DNA from: Vitrella brassicaformis CCMP3155
Lineage: Eukaryota; Protista; Chromerida
Direction: 5' to 3'
DNA: 64,000 nucleotides
Assembly (NCBI GenBank): GCA_001179505.1
Contig: CDMY01000748.1
Location: 216,883-280,882 of the forward strand
Position numbers and translations under genes: made by a program. The number at the start of each line of letters is the position of its first letter. Position 1 is the first letter of the stretch. Below are positions 34,550-49,499 of this stretch, one piece after another. Below the pieces are notes generated by a model. It saw nothing but the letters and a program-made list of their open reading frames with translations, had not been told where the DNA came from and did no database searches.

Positions 34550-35710
34550 AGTCAGTCAGTCACCCACCGCAGCGCCAAGATCGCCGGCGTCCGGTTGGTA
34601 AGGCAACCGTGTCCCAGTGCAAATTTCAGCTGGCATACCACTCGATGGGCAGGGACCCTACACGAACACGAACACACACNNNNNNNNNNNNNNNNNNNNN
34701 NNNNNNNNNNNNNNNNNNNNNNNNNNNNNNNNNNNNNNNNNNNNNNNNNNNNNNNNNNNNNNNNNNNNNNNNNNNNNNNNNNNNNNNNNNNNNNNNNNNN
34801 NNNNNNNNNNNNNNNNNNNNNNNNNNNNNNNNNNNNNNNNNNNNNNNNNNNNNNNNNNNNNNNNNNNNNNNNNNNNNNNNNNNNNNNNNNNNNNNNNNNN
34901 NNNNNNNNNNNNNNNNNNNNNNNNNNNNNNNNNNNNNNNNNNNNNNNNNNNNNNNNNNNNNNNNNNNNNNNNNNNNNNNCACGGCGCATTGCAGCTGTAT
35001 GTTCCTTCGATCTGGCCTGGTGTCGACTCGCTGCCCTGGTAGGTGCACGGACGGCCGTCGCAGTTGTCGCCACCGTAGCGGTTCAAGGTCCACGAGCCGC
35101 CCGACTGTGTCACACGCATGTTGTACCTGGCAACAGACAGACAGACAGACACACACACAGACGTTTGGTGGCAGAACTTCTTGATGAAGTGATTGACTTA
35201 CCAGGCAGTTGCGCTTTCGTTGTTATTGAAAAGTTCGCAGCGATAGTCAGATCCTTGCAAGATGCAGTTGCCGTACCACGTCCACTGATGGCCCTCCTTA
35301 ATTTGGAATTGCGGCCCGAGTTGGAGCCGCCGCAGTGTCAAGCCGTCTGCCAGGAAGGTAACCAACACACACGGGGCGATCCATGGTAGGTGCGCAAACA
35401 AGCGATCGCTTACCTGTGTCATCGGTGGCGTTCAGGGGCACACCACCTGCACACAGGGGAGACACATACACACACACACAGACATTGGGCGTCCTTCTGT
35501 GCGGATGGTGTGTGAGTACCCTGGACGGGGAGGGGAGTCCCCTCATCACGAAGCCCACGCAGCTGCACACACCGCAAGCCGACGCACAGCCAGTGCTCAA
35601 TGAACCACTCACTCATTGGCGTGTCTGCCTGTCTGTTGTGTGTACCCTACCGTCTGGTCGGCCGCCGCCAGGGCACAGAGGAGGCCAACGAGGACGAAGA
35701 GCCGATGCAT
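34550..35710 (-). CDS. Paralog (copy 2) of the secreted protein; different linker exon and no DUF1036-like exon visible
   Basis: The same exons as 32531-34022 with several substitutions, spanning the gap 34680-34979. Its linker exon reads GPCPSSGMPAEICTGTRLPYQPDAGDLGAAVGD*, although a GTGGGT donor near its end is possible. Confidence 0.6.
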
Positions 35711-37282
35711 CTTTGGCCGGCTGACTGACAGGAATCCCAGGCAAAGCAGGCACAGGCAGGCACAAGCAGGCAAGCAGAGGCACAAGTAGAGCACTGGCAC
35801 AAGCGATGGAATGACGCGAGGAGAGGGCAGTGCAGTGGGGCTGCTGACGAAGACAGCAGCCGACAGGAAGACACAGATCTCTCTCCTCTCCCCCTCTCCA
35901 ATACATCGCGATAGAGGAGAGGAAAAGAGAGCGGGAGAGCACTTCGCAGGGTTAGGGCTAAGCTCGCATTTTGACCCCAAAGCTCGCAACTTTCGCGTCA
36001 TCCGATATCCCGTGGCGCCATCGCTTCTTGGCGTGTCCGGCGATCGCATTTTCGATTTGTTTGATTGACTGAGCGAGTTGAGTTGTGCTAGCTATTGGTT
36101 TGCTTAAGGCAAGATGTTGAAGTGGCTGGGAGTGAACAAGAAGAAGCAGAAGGAGGACGAGATATTCGACTCCGTCAGAAGTGAGTGCGAAAGGTCATTC
36201 AAGCACTCAGTCAGTCAATCAGTCAGTCACTCGGATGTGGACGGACGGATGGATGGATCTCTCGCACATACATCGCACAGGTGGTCTGCAGTCGATGTAT
36301 AAGCAGCGGCTGCTGCCTCTGGAGCGGGACTTCAAGGCCAACCAGTTCTACGCNNNNNNNNNNNNNNNNNNNNNNNNNNNNNNNNNNNNNNNNNNNNNNN
36401 NNNNNNNNNNNNNNNNNNNNNNNNNNNNNNNNNNNNNNNNNNNNNNNNNNNNNNNNNNNNNNNNNNNNNNNNNNNNNNNNNNNNNNNNNNNNNNNNNNNN
36501 NNNNNNNNNNNNNNNNNNNNNNNNNNNNNNNNNNNNNNNNNNNNNNNNNNNNNNNNNNNNNNNNNNNNNNNNNNNNNNNNNNNNNNNNNNNNNNNNNNNN
36601 NNNNNNNNNNNNNNNNNNNNNNNNNNNNNNNNNNNNNNNNNNNNNNNNNNNNNTTCTGTGCGGATGGTGTGTGAGTACCCTGGACGGGGAGGGGAGTCCC
36701 CTCATCACGAAGCCCACGCAGCTGCACACACCGCAAGCCGACGCACAGCCAGTGCTCAATGAACCACTCACTCATTGGCGTGTCTGCCTGTCTGTTGTGT
36801 GTACCCTACCGTCTGGTCGGCCGCCGCCAGGGCACAGAGGAGGCCAACGAGGACGAAGAGCCGATGCATCTTTGGCCGGCTGACTGACAGGAATCCCAGG
36901 CAAAGCAGGCACAGGCAGGCACAAGCAGGCACAAGCAGGCAAGCAGAGGCACAAGTAGAGCACTGGCACAAGCGATGGAATGACGCGAGGAGAGGCCAGT
37001 GCAGTGGGGCTGCTGACGAAGACAGCAGCCGACAGGAAGACACAGATCTCTCTCCTCTCCCCCTCTCCAATACATCGCGATAGAGGAGAGGAAAAGAGAG
37101 CGGGAGAGCACTTCGCAGGGTTAGGGCTAAGCTCGCATTTTGACCCCAAAGCTCGCAACTTTCGCGTCATCCGATATCCCGTGGCGCCATCGCTTCTTGG
37201 CGTGTCCGGCGATCGCATTTTCGATTTGTTTGATTGACTGAGCGAGTTGAGTTGTGCTAGCTATTGGTTTGCTTAAGGCAAG

Positions 37283-40632
<3,350 letters not shown>

Positions 40633-41160
40633 CCTAGTTGTGTGTGGGGGGGGTGTGGTGTGTGGGCGTGTGTGTGTATCCTTCCAGCGGGTCGGAGGGA
40701 CGGCCGGCCTACGTTTTGGAGTAGAGGAACGAAGAGGCGTGAGACTGATTTTTCTCTTCTCGTTTTTCTTTTTATCCAACGATTCATGCGGGTGAGGGTG
40801 CACGTGTGCGTATGTGTGTGGTTTTGTAGACATAGTCAGCTATTTGTAGCCCCACACACACACATCCACACATCATGGCGTAGGTAGGAACTTTCTCGAC
40901 TCACTCAAGGCGGCGTGTGTAGTGAGCTGATTTGATTGATGTCCGTTCGTTTCGTTCAATCACCCACCCATCCAGTGCCAACACCCACGCGCCACACACG
41001 ATGACGCAGGCAGGCAAGGCGTGTAAAAGGTCATCTCACCACACAACACACACGCACACATGAAGTCTGTGCGCAAAAGCCCTGTCCATCCGTTCCATCA
41101 CACCACACGAGAGGCAAGCCAGCCAGCCATCACAACCACAGCCCCTCCAGCCTCATATGC

Positions 41161-41862
41161 TCAGAAGAAGAAGCCGAGCAGCTTGCCGCCAACATGCTTC
41201 CGACGAGCCTCCTACAAGCACATAACATCATCACACCACACCATACACAGCACGATGAGCAGATCGATGGTCCGTAAGAAGTGGCTGATTTGATCTGCTG
41301 CCTGCCATCAAACTGTCCGACTGACTGACCTCATGGTCGAGTATGCCGTCAGAGGTGGTGAGCACCAGGTGGCCAAACTGCCTGGAGGGCAGGAGGTTCT
41401 CGCAGATCTGCTCGATGTCGCCCAGCCGGATGTCGTATCGCGGCGAGATGACGGCGCACTTGTTGATCCGCCCCAGCAGGTCCACCACGATCTTGCCGCT
41501 CCGGTGGTCGTCGACGATCTCAAAGTCGCCGATGTAACCTGGGTAGGTGGCCAAGAGAGAATGGAACAAACGTGTTGACACATCCATCCATCCATCGTGA
41601 GTCTGTCTGTGTTAGAGTTGGTGTCCGTCGTTGTGTGGTGTGGAGCGCACCTCTCTTCTGCATGCACTTGAGGAACTTGACAATGACCTTGGAGGCGGGA
41701 CGGATCAACACCTGACCAACCGAGCAACAGCCACACAGACAGACAGACAGACATAGCCAGGATGTCGTGTGGTGTCTGTGCGTCACATACCTGTCTTCGC
41801 CCCCTCCGCTCGGCGTTGACAATCGACTTGAGGCAGTCGTTCAACACGCTGATGCGAACCAT
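41161..41862 (-). CDS. RPS15A: 40S ribosomal protein S15a (uS8)
   Basis: [24 protein letters not shown]|[20 protein letters not shown]|[36 protein letters not shown]...[16 protein letters not shown]|[16 protein letters not shown]. Confidence 0.98.
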
Positions 41863-42175
41863 CTGGCGCACACACACAGAAAGGGATGATGTTCATCGTC
41901 GGCGTCTGCGACTGCTCAGCGCACACACAGCCTCCCTCCCTCCCTGTCCTTCCTGCCTGCCCTTCTCGCAGCAACACACTCCCACCTCCCTACGAGCAAT
42001 CCCTCCCTCCCCCCGTGCCTGCCGCCTGTCCGACCCTCCAGTCACTATCTGGCTGCCTCGGAAGGCACAAACTACTGATCTCTCCACTTTCTTCACGCCA
42101 TCTCTTCCCATACGTGTCCCTCTCACCTTGGTGGCGCACGTGCGTGTCCAGGACCTTCCTTGCCGGTTTTCGCTT

Positions 42176-42182
42176 GCGAGCT
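42176..42182 (-). promoter_or_regulatory. AGCTCGC candidate promoter element
   Basis: Between RPS15A (ATG 41862,-) and EamA (ATG 42186,+); another copy lies at 42201-42207. Confidence 0.5.
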
Positions 42183-42185
42183 AAG

Positions 42186-44378
42186 ATGGCAGACTCCCTG
42201 AGCTCGCAGAGAATCCTCACCTTGAAGGAGAAGGACAACACCACATCCCTCTGCACACCTGACACCGTTGGTGCCATGCCTCTGCAGCAGTCTGACAAAA
42301 CGACTGCGCAAGATAGTTCAACGAGTCCGGCCCATGGGGAGGCGGTTTCCGCCTCAACTCGAGGCCTGGCCAGCAGCATGAGGACGCTGTCCGCCCCTTT
42401 AGGCCCGGTAGCGCCGCAATCCCTCTCCACCACGCTCTTGGAGAATGTCGTTGACACCGGGAGGCTTGAGAAGAGGCACCAGGCACAAGCACAAGCCCAG
42501 GCACACCACACTGTGGTGAGCAGAGGGGAGGGAGCACACCCTCCCTGAAACACGCACGCCACATCTCTCCTCTGCGTGTGTGTGTCTGCGGGGTATGTGA
42601 CTCTAGGACGTCGGCGGCCCACTGTTGGACCATGGTGGCGGTGCATCTGGCCGCCATATGTCCATGCCCCCCGTCGTGGCAAAACCCCCGGCCGGTCGGG
42701 ACAGGCCTGCGATGGGCCGTCTGTCGTCGGTCGACCAGCTCATCCTGGGCGAGTACAACGACTACCTCATCCGAGAGGTCACCAACGAGCAGGACACCAG
42801 CCTCCTGGCGAGCACGGCCTCGGGCGGGGACATGAGCGACTTCTCCAGCTACCACCAGTATCAGTGGGACGACCTCGGGGACGCATACCATTCGCTGGAC
42901 GGGGGCGATGTGACGGACGTACGGCGGTATTCCTCATTGGATGCGTTGGGCGTGTCGGACTCACGGAGGGCCGTGGCGCAGATACAGGTAAGGTAGAACG
43001 CCTGACTGCCTGCCTGCATGGACAGAAAGAAAGACTCAATGCGGCGTTGTCTCGCACTGAGGATTTTGTTGTTTGTGTGGATGTGTGGATGTGGGCGTGG
43101 CGCTTGTAGGGGTATCGAGCTACTCCTGCTGACCCGCTGACCCTCCTGAGCCCGGGGGAGATCAGGCGGGCGGCAGTGGTGGGGCTCACCATGTGCGTCC
43201 TGTCGACTGCATGCTTCGCCACCATGTCTCTATTCGTCAAACTCAACGCCCTCGCGCACATCGGTGAGACAACAACGGCATCAAGCGCCTCAGAGGCCCG
43301 AGCGTGTGTTTGGCCACTGTCGCGTGTGTGCGTGTGTGTGTGTGGATGGATTGTCAGGTTCTGCCGAGACGATGTTCCTGCGGTGTTGTTTCCAGTTCCT
43401 TGTGACGCTGGTGTGGATCAAGCTTGGCACTCTGCCGCACCAGCCGCTCGACAAACCCATTCTGCCGCCGCCGACCAGGCGGATGCCGCACCTAAGGTCA
43501 GATCAGATAGATACCCACGCCACAGCAAAGGCGGAAGAGCCCTTATCTGTGTGCGTGTGTGGTCCGGTGTGTGGATGGATTGTCAGGTATTGGGTGATAC
43601 TGCGCGGTGTCGTGGACTGCATCGGGGTGTCGTGCTACTACGTGGCCCTGACGAAGCTCAGCCTCGCATACGCGACCATCCTCTACTTCACTGCACCGTT
43701 TTTCGCCGGTCAGTACTGACACAAGAGAACACACACACACACACGGAGATCGATCGCATGAATGAGTGTGTGTGTCCCGCCCTGCTCACAGGCATCACGT
43801 CCCGTCTGCTGATCAAGGAGCCTTATGGCTTGGCCGAGGCGCTCTATGGTATCGGTGCCATCTTTGGCGTGGCTCTGTCGTCCATCGGCGAATCGGGGGC
43901 TGCTGGCAGCCCCGGCACGCCCACCGACCGAGCAGACCAGATCGTGGGCATCGTGTGCGCCCTGTTCGGTGCCTTCTGCCAGGGACTCACCTTCTGCTTT
44001 ATCCGCAAGATCGGTCTCCGGGCTCATTACCTGCAGCTTGTGAATGCCTTCGCCTCGGCCGGCATCGCCTTGATGCCGATCTTCTTGCTGATCCAGGGCC
44101 ACTGGCCTTGGGAGGACACTCGGGCGCGGTGGACCTGGGTAGTGATGGTCTACACGCTGTGTATCGGGACCTTTGCCACTATTGGGCAGCTCTTCCTGAA
44201 TCTGGGGGCGCAGCGGATCAAGGCGAGCGTTGCGTCGCTGCTGAGGACGCTGGACATTCTCTTCACGCTGATACTGCAGATGCTGGTGCTCAACGAACCA
44301 CCGCCCGTACTCAGCTGTGTGGGCTGCTTTGTGATCATTCTGTGCTGTACACTGTCGGCGGGGAGCCGACACCATTGA
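42186..44378 (+). CDS. EamA/DMT-superfamily transporter with an extended soluble N-terminus
   Basis: Multiple TM helices: VGLTMCVLSTACFATMSLFVKL, ILRGVVDCIGVSCYYVALTKLSLAYATILYFTAPFF, LLIKEP, GQLFLNLGAQRIKASVASLLRTLDILFTLILQMLVLNEPP. Confidence 0.88.
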
Positions 44379-45504
44379 GAGACGACAGAGAGAGGGGGAG
44401 AGGGGGAGAGGGAGGGAGGGAGGGAGGGAGGGGCCTGTCTGCCTGTCTGTCTGTCTGTTCGGTGTACATACATACATATCTCGCTGGCTCACCTGTACAC
44501 GTGACACTCCCAAGTTTTGACCCGCATTTTGCTCTCTCGGGGCATACACACCCACCCAATGCAATGCACATGTCGTCCGTCTTGTGCTCACTTCTCAGCC
44601 GTGATGAGAGGGCCGGGCCCATTGTCCTTTATTTTTTGGGCCGCTCAGTCAGTAAGTGGGAGGGGGAGGGAGGGAGGGAGGGACCGGCCAGCCACAGCTG
44701 TCTGTGTAGATGTGGTGTCGGCACAGGGGTGCTGGGTGGTCGATGGACGGCTTGTTGTATACAGACGGTCGTGAGTCGCTTTCTGTCTGTGATATGTGTA
44801 CGGTCCGCAAAGCGTCAGTAACTAATTGTTCGACAGAGAGAGAGACAGCCATGTGACCTCATACACGAGTTCGTCGTGCTGCTCGTGCCATTGTGGGCTC
44901 CTCTTTGTGTGTGTCCTGGCCTGCGGTCGTCCTTTCGGCTCATCACGAACGATGCGCCCAGAGACCGACCGGTGGGGCGACGCTGCACATGATTGAGGCT
45001 CACTCTGTGGTGTGCAGGGGCGTTTTGCCGCCCTTGATTGGCGAGTTGCGTGCCGCGCCATCCAGACTGTTGTCTGAGTCGTTGTCAATCAATCATGCGC
45101 ACAAGACAATTATTTCCACCATTTGCTTGATGAGCGTCAGAAGGGTCCGTCATGCATCACACTCAGACGTGTCAACGGCAAATATCACATCAGTCTGGCG
45201 TGTCATTGTGATACGAGACAAAGACATAAGCCTGTCTGTCCTATGACGACGAGCTGTGCGTCGGTGTGTCTTATTGTCCTGTACATGAACACACCGAAGG
45301 ACGTCCAGCCATAGTCAGGGGGCTCATAGGTCTGGCTATGCAAGGAAAGCATGGTCAGAGAGCAATCATTGATACAGCTAAGCACTCGTCGAGAGGGCTC
45401 CGTCTCCCTACATATACGACACGTATATATACACAGGTCAACTCAGCCCCCGAGGTAAGTCAGTATCGATCCTCGCTCAGTCACGTCAACACCCTGGCTC
45501 TTAC

Positions 45505-46431
45505 CTATCGATAAGGGTCGCCTATCATGAAATATATATACAGTGCATAGATGTAGTTGTAGAGAAACTCGCCCACCATCACAGGTATGAACCAATACAG
45601 CCAATCGGACACGACCCCTGGCACCCAGTGGCTGGGACCGTCCCACTTGATCTCAGAAAATATCCAACCAACCAGCCAGCAAAGCGGCACCAAACAGAAA
45701 TTCGCGGCACTCAGTCGCTTCTGAAAGAAGAAGAAGACAACTCAACAGCAGCCCGAGAAGGAGGGAGGGTGACTTACCGCAGCTTCATCGTAACGGATCA
45801 TCACCTGTCTCTCCACCATTATCACCTGGGCCGCTAGGTGGAGCACCCAGTCTACTGAGTCCTCCTCTGTATCGCACACAAACTCAAATAAAAGCACAGT
45901 ACAAGATACCCTCATTCCTCAATACATACCAAGATCCGAGTGGAACATCTGGTATTCGTTTGTCTGTCTGATCCTGGATTCGATGCCTGTAGAAGATACG
46001 ATGTTGACCTCTTTCCCCTGCCTCTTCCCTTATGTGTCCCGCGCCTACAGTGAAGTAAGGCGCCGATGTAGTGTGCGATGACCCCGGACAGTCGAATGAA
46101 TGTCCCTCTCGCAGCAATCTCCACAAAGCTCTTCCAGAACTGGCCGCCCTTGTAGCCCAACACCACCGCCCCGATCAGCATCACAACGCACAGGATCACA
46201 GTCGACGTATTCTGCACAGAGAACACCACAGGCAAGAGCAAGGATGGGCTCTAGAGATGGGCTGTGGCTCACTAACTTTCCTCCTCCATCGACCTACCCT
46301 GGCGCCGATGGTCCATTGATGGGGCACCCAAGCCATGAGGCTCCCGGCTCGTCTGCGTCTCCCAATCCGTCCAGAAACGCCGTCGCGTCCGCTCCTTGTA
46401 GCAGTGTCGGACGCGCCGCAGTGGCTGCCAT
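45505..46431 (-). CDS. Small multi-exon membrane protein of unknown function; ends uncertain
   Basis: Hydrophobic exons NTSTVILCVVMLIGAVVLGYKGGQFWKSFVEIAARGTFIRLSGVIAHYIGALLH and VVSDWLYWFIPVMVGEFLYNYIYALYIYFM. The ATG at 46336 splices in phase 0 to the exon starting at 46211. The ATG at 46431 is in another frame. Confidence 0.4.
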
Positions 46432-46755
46432 GTCACTTGCTGCATGTACCGCACATACAGACAGACAGAAAAGAAAATCAGACACATCTTGGAGGCATCT
46501 GCTGACAGACGTGTGCATCATGATGTGCACATGTGCATCTTGCGTGCGCGGTGCGTGTGTGTACAAACGTCGCGGTTGGATGTGTGGATGGTGAATTATT
46601 GCTGCTGCTGACGATTCTACACGTCAATCTTGGGAGCCAAACACCTGCACACACACACCGACAAAGCAATCTCCCCATTCGCTGTCGGCACATGCAGAGG
46701 ACACCTCGGGAGAGAGGAGAGAGGGGAGGGAAAAGAAGGGCACCGATCGGCAAAC

Positions 46756-46762
46756 GCGAGCT
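46756..46762 (-). promoter_or_regulatory. AGCTCGC candidate promoter element
   Basis: Between the membrane gene (ATG 46336/46431,-) and ATG 46848(+). Confidence 0.45.
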
Positions 46763-46847
46763 TAGACGTGCGAAAGGAAAACGCAAAGATCGCAGCAGAG
46801 AGGCTCACAGGAAGGCCACACATGTACTCATCTCATCGTGGGAATTA

Positions 46848-47918
46848 ATGTGGATCGAAAAGGTGTTGACTATGTTCCGTCCGCCACCGCAGCCGCAGCT
46901 GGGACCAGACCAGGTGTACGAACGAGTGCACAATATCAGGCCGGTGGACGAAGGGGAAAGGAAGTTCTGTGATACCGTCAACGGTGCGCACCGCAGGCAG
47001 CCACACAGGGGAGAGTGAGGGTGACTGACTGACTCTATGTTTGACGGACTTGACGGACTCTCTCCTCTCTCTTTTGACCGCAGCCACCCTGCCCATATGG
47101 CGTTCCATGACGGTGAGCAACCCACAGCAGACCAGACAGACCATCGAGGGCACGCATCCGAACAGAGCACATGGATGGATGTGTGTGTGTGCTCTGTCAT
47201 GCGTGCAGGAGGAAGAGAAGGAGGCCGTGCTGAAGCAGTGTACGGAATTCCCAGGTATCCACGTCCACCCAGTGAATGCCTGCCCCCCTGCCTGTCTGCG
47301 TGTGTGCATCAGAGCGTGCCAGTGAGTGAGCGGAGGAGGCAGCCACGCAGCACCATTCACCTCACACACAACATTATCAACACAGATTATTCCCCGCTTT
47401 CTGACTGCCCGGCTGGGTATGCTATGCTATGCCTGTCTGCCGCAGCTCTGAGCGATGCGCAGAAAGTTGCATTGGACGACCTGGCCGTTGTGTACCACAG
47501 CTGCGCGGCCGTCGAGCTCCTTGAGAGGGAGGCTGCAGCTGCTGCACGACTACCACACAACAGACTAAAACGGTGAGTGTGTGTGTGGGTCTGGCCGGAG
47601 TGCCTTTGCTGCCTCAGTCAGTCAGTCGCCCACCGTGAGCCCCTGGCTGCCTGCGTGTGTGCGTGCAGGTATTTGAGTGACACCTTCAGGTCCGTCCTGT
47701 CGTGCATTTCTCCCTCAGCTGAGGTCCCCGCTGCCACTGACGGACCCCTTGATGACGAGGAGCTATCACCACCGACACACACGTGCACACGGAGCGGTCA
47801 GTCAGGTGTAGGAAGCAGCAGAGTAAGCCTGCCGACAGTAGTAGCGAGAGGGCTCTGCTGCCCGCCAGATAGAACAAGGCAAGATTTCCAGACTGACAGA
47901 CGAACAGACAGACAGTGA
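46848..47918 (+). CDS. Multi-exon protein of unknown function
   Basis: Coding-like exons bounded by GT-AG: MWIEKVLTMFRPPPQPQLGPDQVYERVHNIRPVDEGERKFCDTVN, EEEKEAVLKQCTEFP, LSDAQKVALDDLAVVYHSCAAVELLERE... Confidence 0.5.
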
Positions 47919-49499
47919 GTGACTACCGTATCACTCACATCAGTGGCGGGCGGGCGGGCTGGCGGACAGTCACTCGCAAGGCCAGTAGCTGTCCAGACAG
48001 GGGCTGGACTGGTTTTTGAGTCAGGGTGCTGGCTGCATGGGGGATGAGAGTGATGGAATGGATGGCCTATACTGACTGAGTCAGGTAGTTCGATGGTCGG
48101 ACTCTGACCCAACAAACGTCTTATGTCGCGCTGCTCTGTACATTGCTCGTTTATTGTTGATACGCATGGGTGCAGTCCCCCGCTCGTCTGTGCGATGGGC
48201 CAACACGTCCTCGACACACGCGCATACGCACGACGCGAGGAAGGGATAGGTACCGAGAGCACGCAGAGAGACAGCCAAGCACCAGGGGGAGGCACGATTG
48301 GTAGCCATCATACCTGCGTCTCCCTCACATGATACACACACACACACACACAGGTCAGCCCCCTGGGTAAGTATGTCACACATACAGACGCTCTCGGCAC
48401 TCAAAGCCGCCCAGAACAACGCAGAAAAAAGTCAGCCAGTCAGTCAGTCAGTCGCTCAGAAGTGAAAAAGTGTTGCCATTTGGCTGATCAGCTGATCAGC
48501 TGCTTAGCAGATTGTCCATCAATAGCAGTGAGGCGGAGGTTCTCGGCACGCAGAGAGAGCTCAATGCCGCCGACAGACAAGGCCACTCGATAGCTGCACA
48601 CATACAACAGAGAGAGAGAGAGAGAGACCGACAGTGGTCATACAACACTGTGAGTTGTCTTCCCACACGTGCACTGTGTCCGACGCCACCAGCACAAGGC
48701 GCCAGCTTAGTACTTTGCAAACCAGGAGACGGAGACGTCGTTCAAGCGCCGTGTTCTCCTGCATTGTTTTCCAGCTCATCGGGCGTCATCTCCTTCAGCT
48801 TTTCCCTTTTCTGGCTGGTTTCCCGCCCATTCCACCCGCCTCAGCCTCTCTCGCCCCTCTCTCCCTTCCTCTGGGTGGCACCGGCAACCAGCCGCCTCGC
48901 CGCCCGTCCGCCCGCCCTTATCGCGGCATCAGCCAGCCGGCCCAGCCGCTCCTGGCCAAGGATCCACGGGTGCAGTCTGTCTGCCCACCGCGTCGCTCCC
49001 ATCGTCGGTGTTTGTTTCAGGTACGATTAATGCTCAATGTGTGAAGAGAGACATGGCTTTTGTGCACATTTGCTTGTCTTCTGTTGCCAGCGAGGGCAGT
49101 CGACAGCACGGGATTTACCCCCCACACCTGCAGTGCTGCTGCCGACGTCACCCGCACCAACCGGTGGCTTGGTTTGTGAAATTGGCGAGAATTCTGGTCG
49201 GGAGACGTCACCAGCTGCCGTGTTTTTCATCTTCAGTTTTTTCTATTTCGGCTGGTTTCCCTCGCACCCCGCCCACCTCAGCCTCTCCCGCCCCTCCCAC
49301 TCTTCCTGCAAGTGGCAGCGGCAAGCAGCCGCAATTCGTTATCTTCGCAAACGGACTTTTTCTCAACGTAAAACGGACTTTGGAGTCTGGACGCACAGTC
49401 ATTCCTTGAGGAACACACATGAATACATGCGATGAGTCAACGAACCTCACGAAAGATGAAGGAGTCTGATTCACATCATATGTACAACCATCTCTCTCG

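Noticed and set aside
41161-42160. Intronic snoRNAs in RPS15A
   Set aside because: The introns are short and microsatellite-like, with no convincing C/D or H/ACA box pairs.
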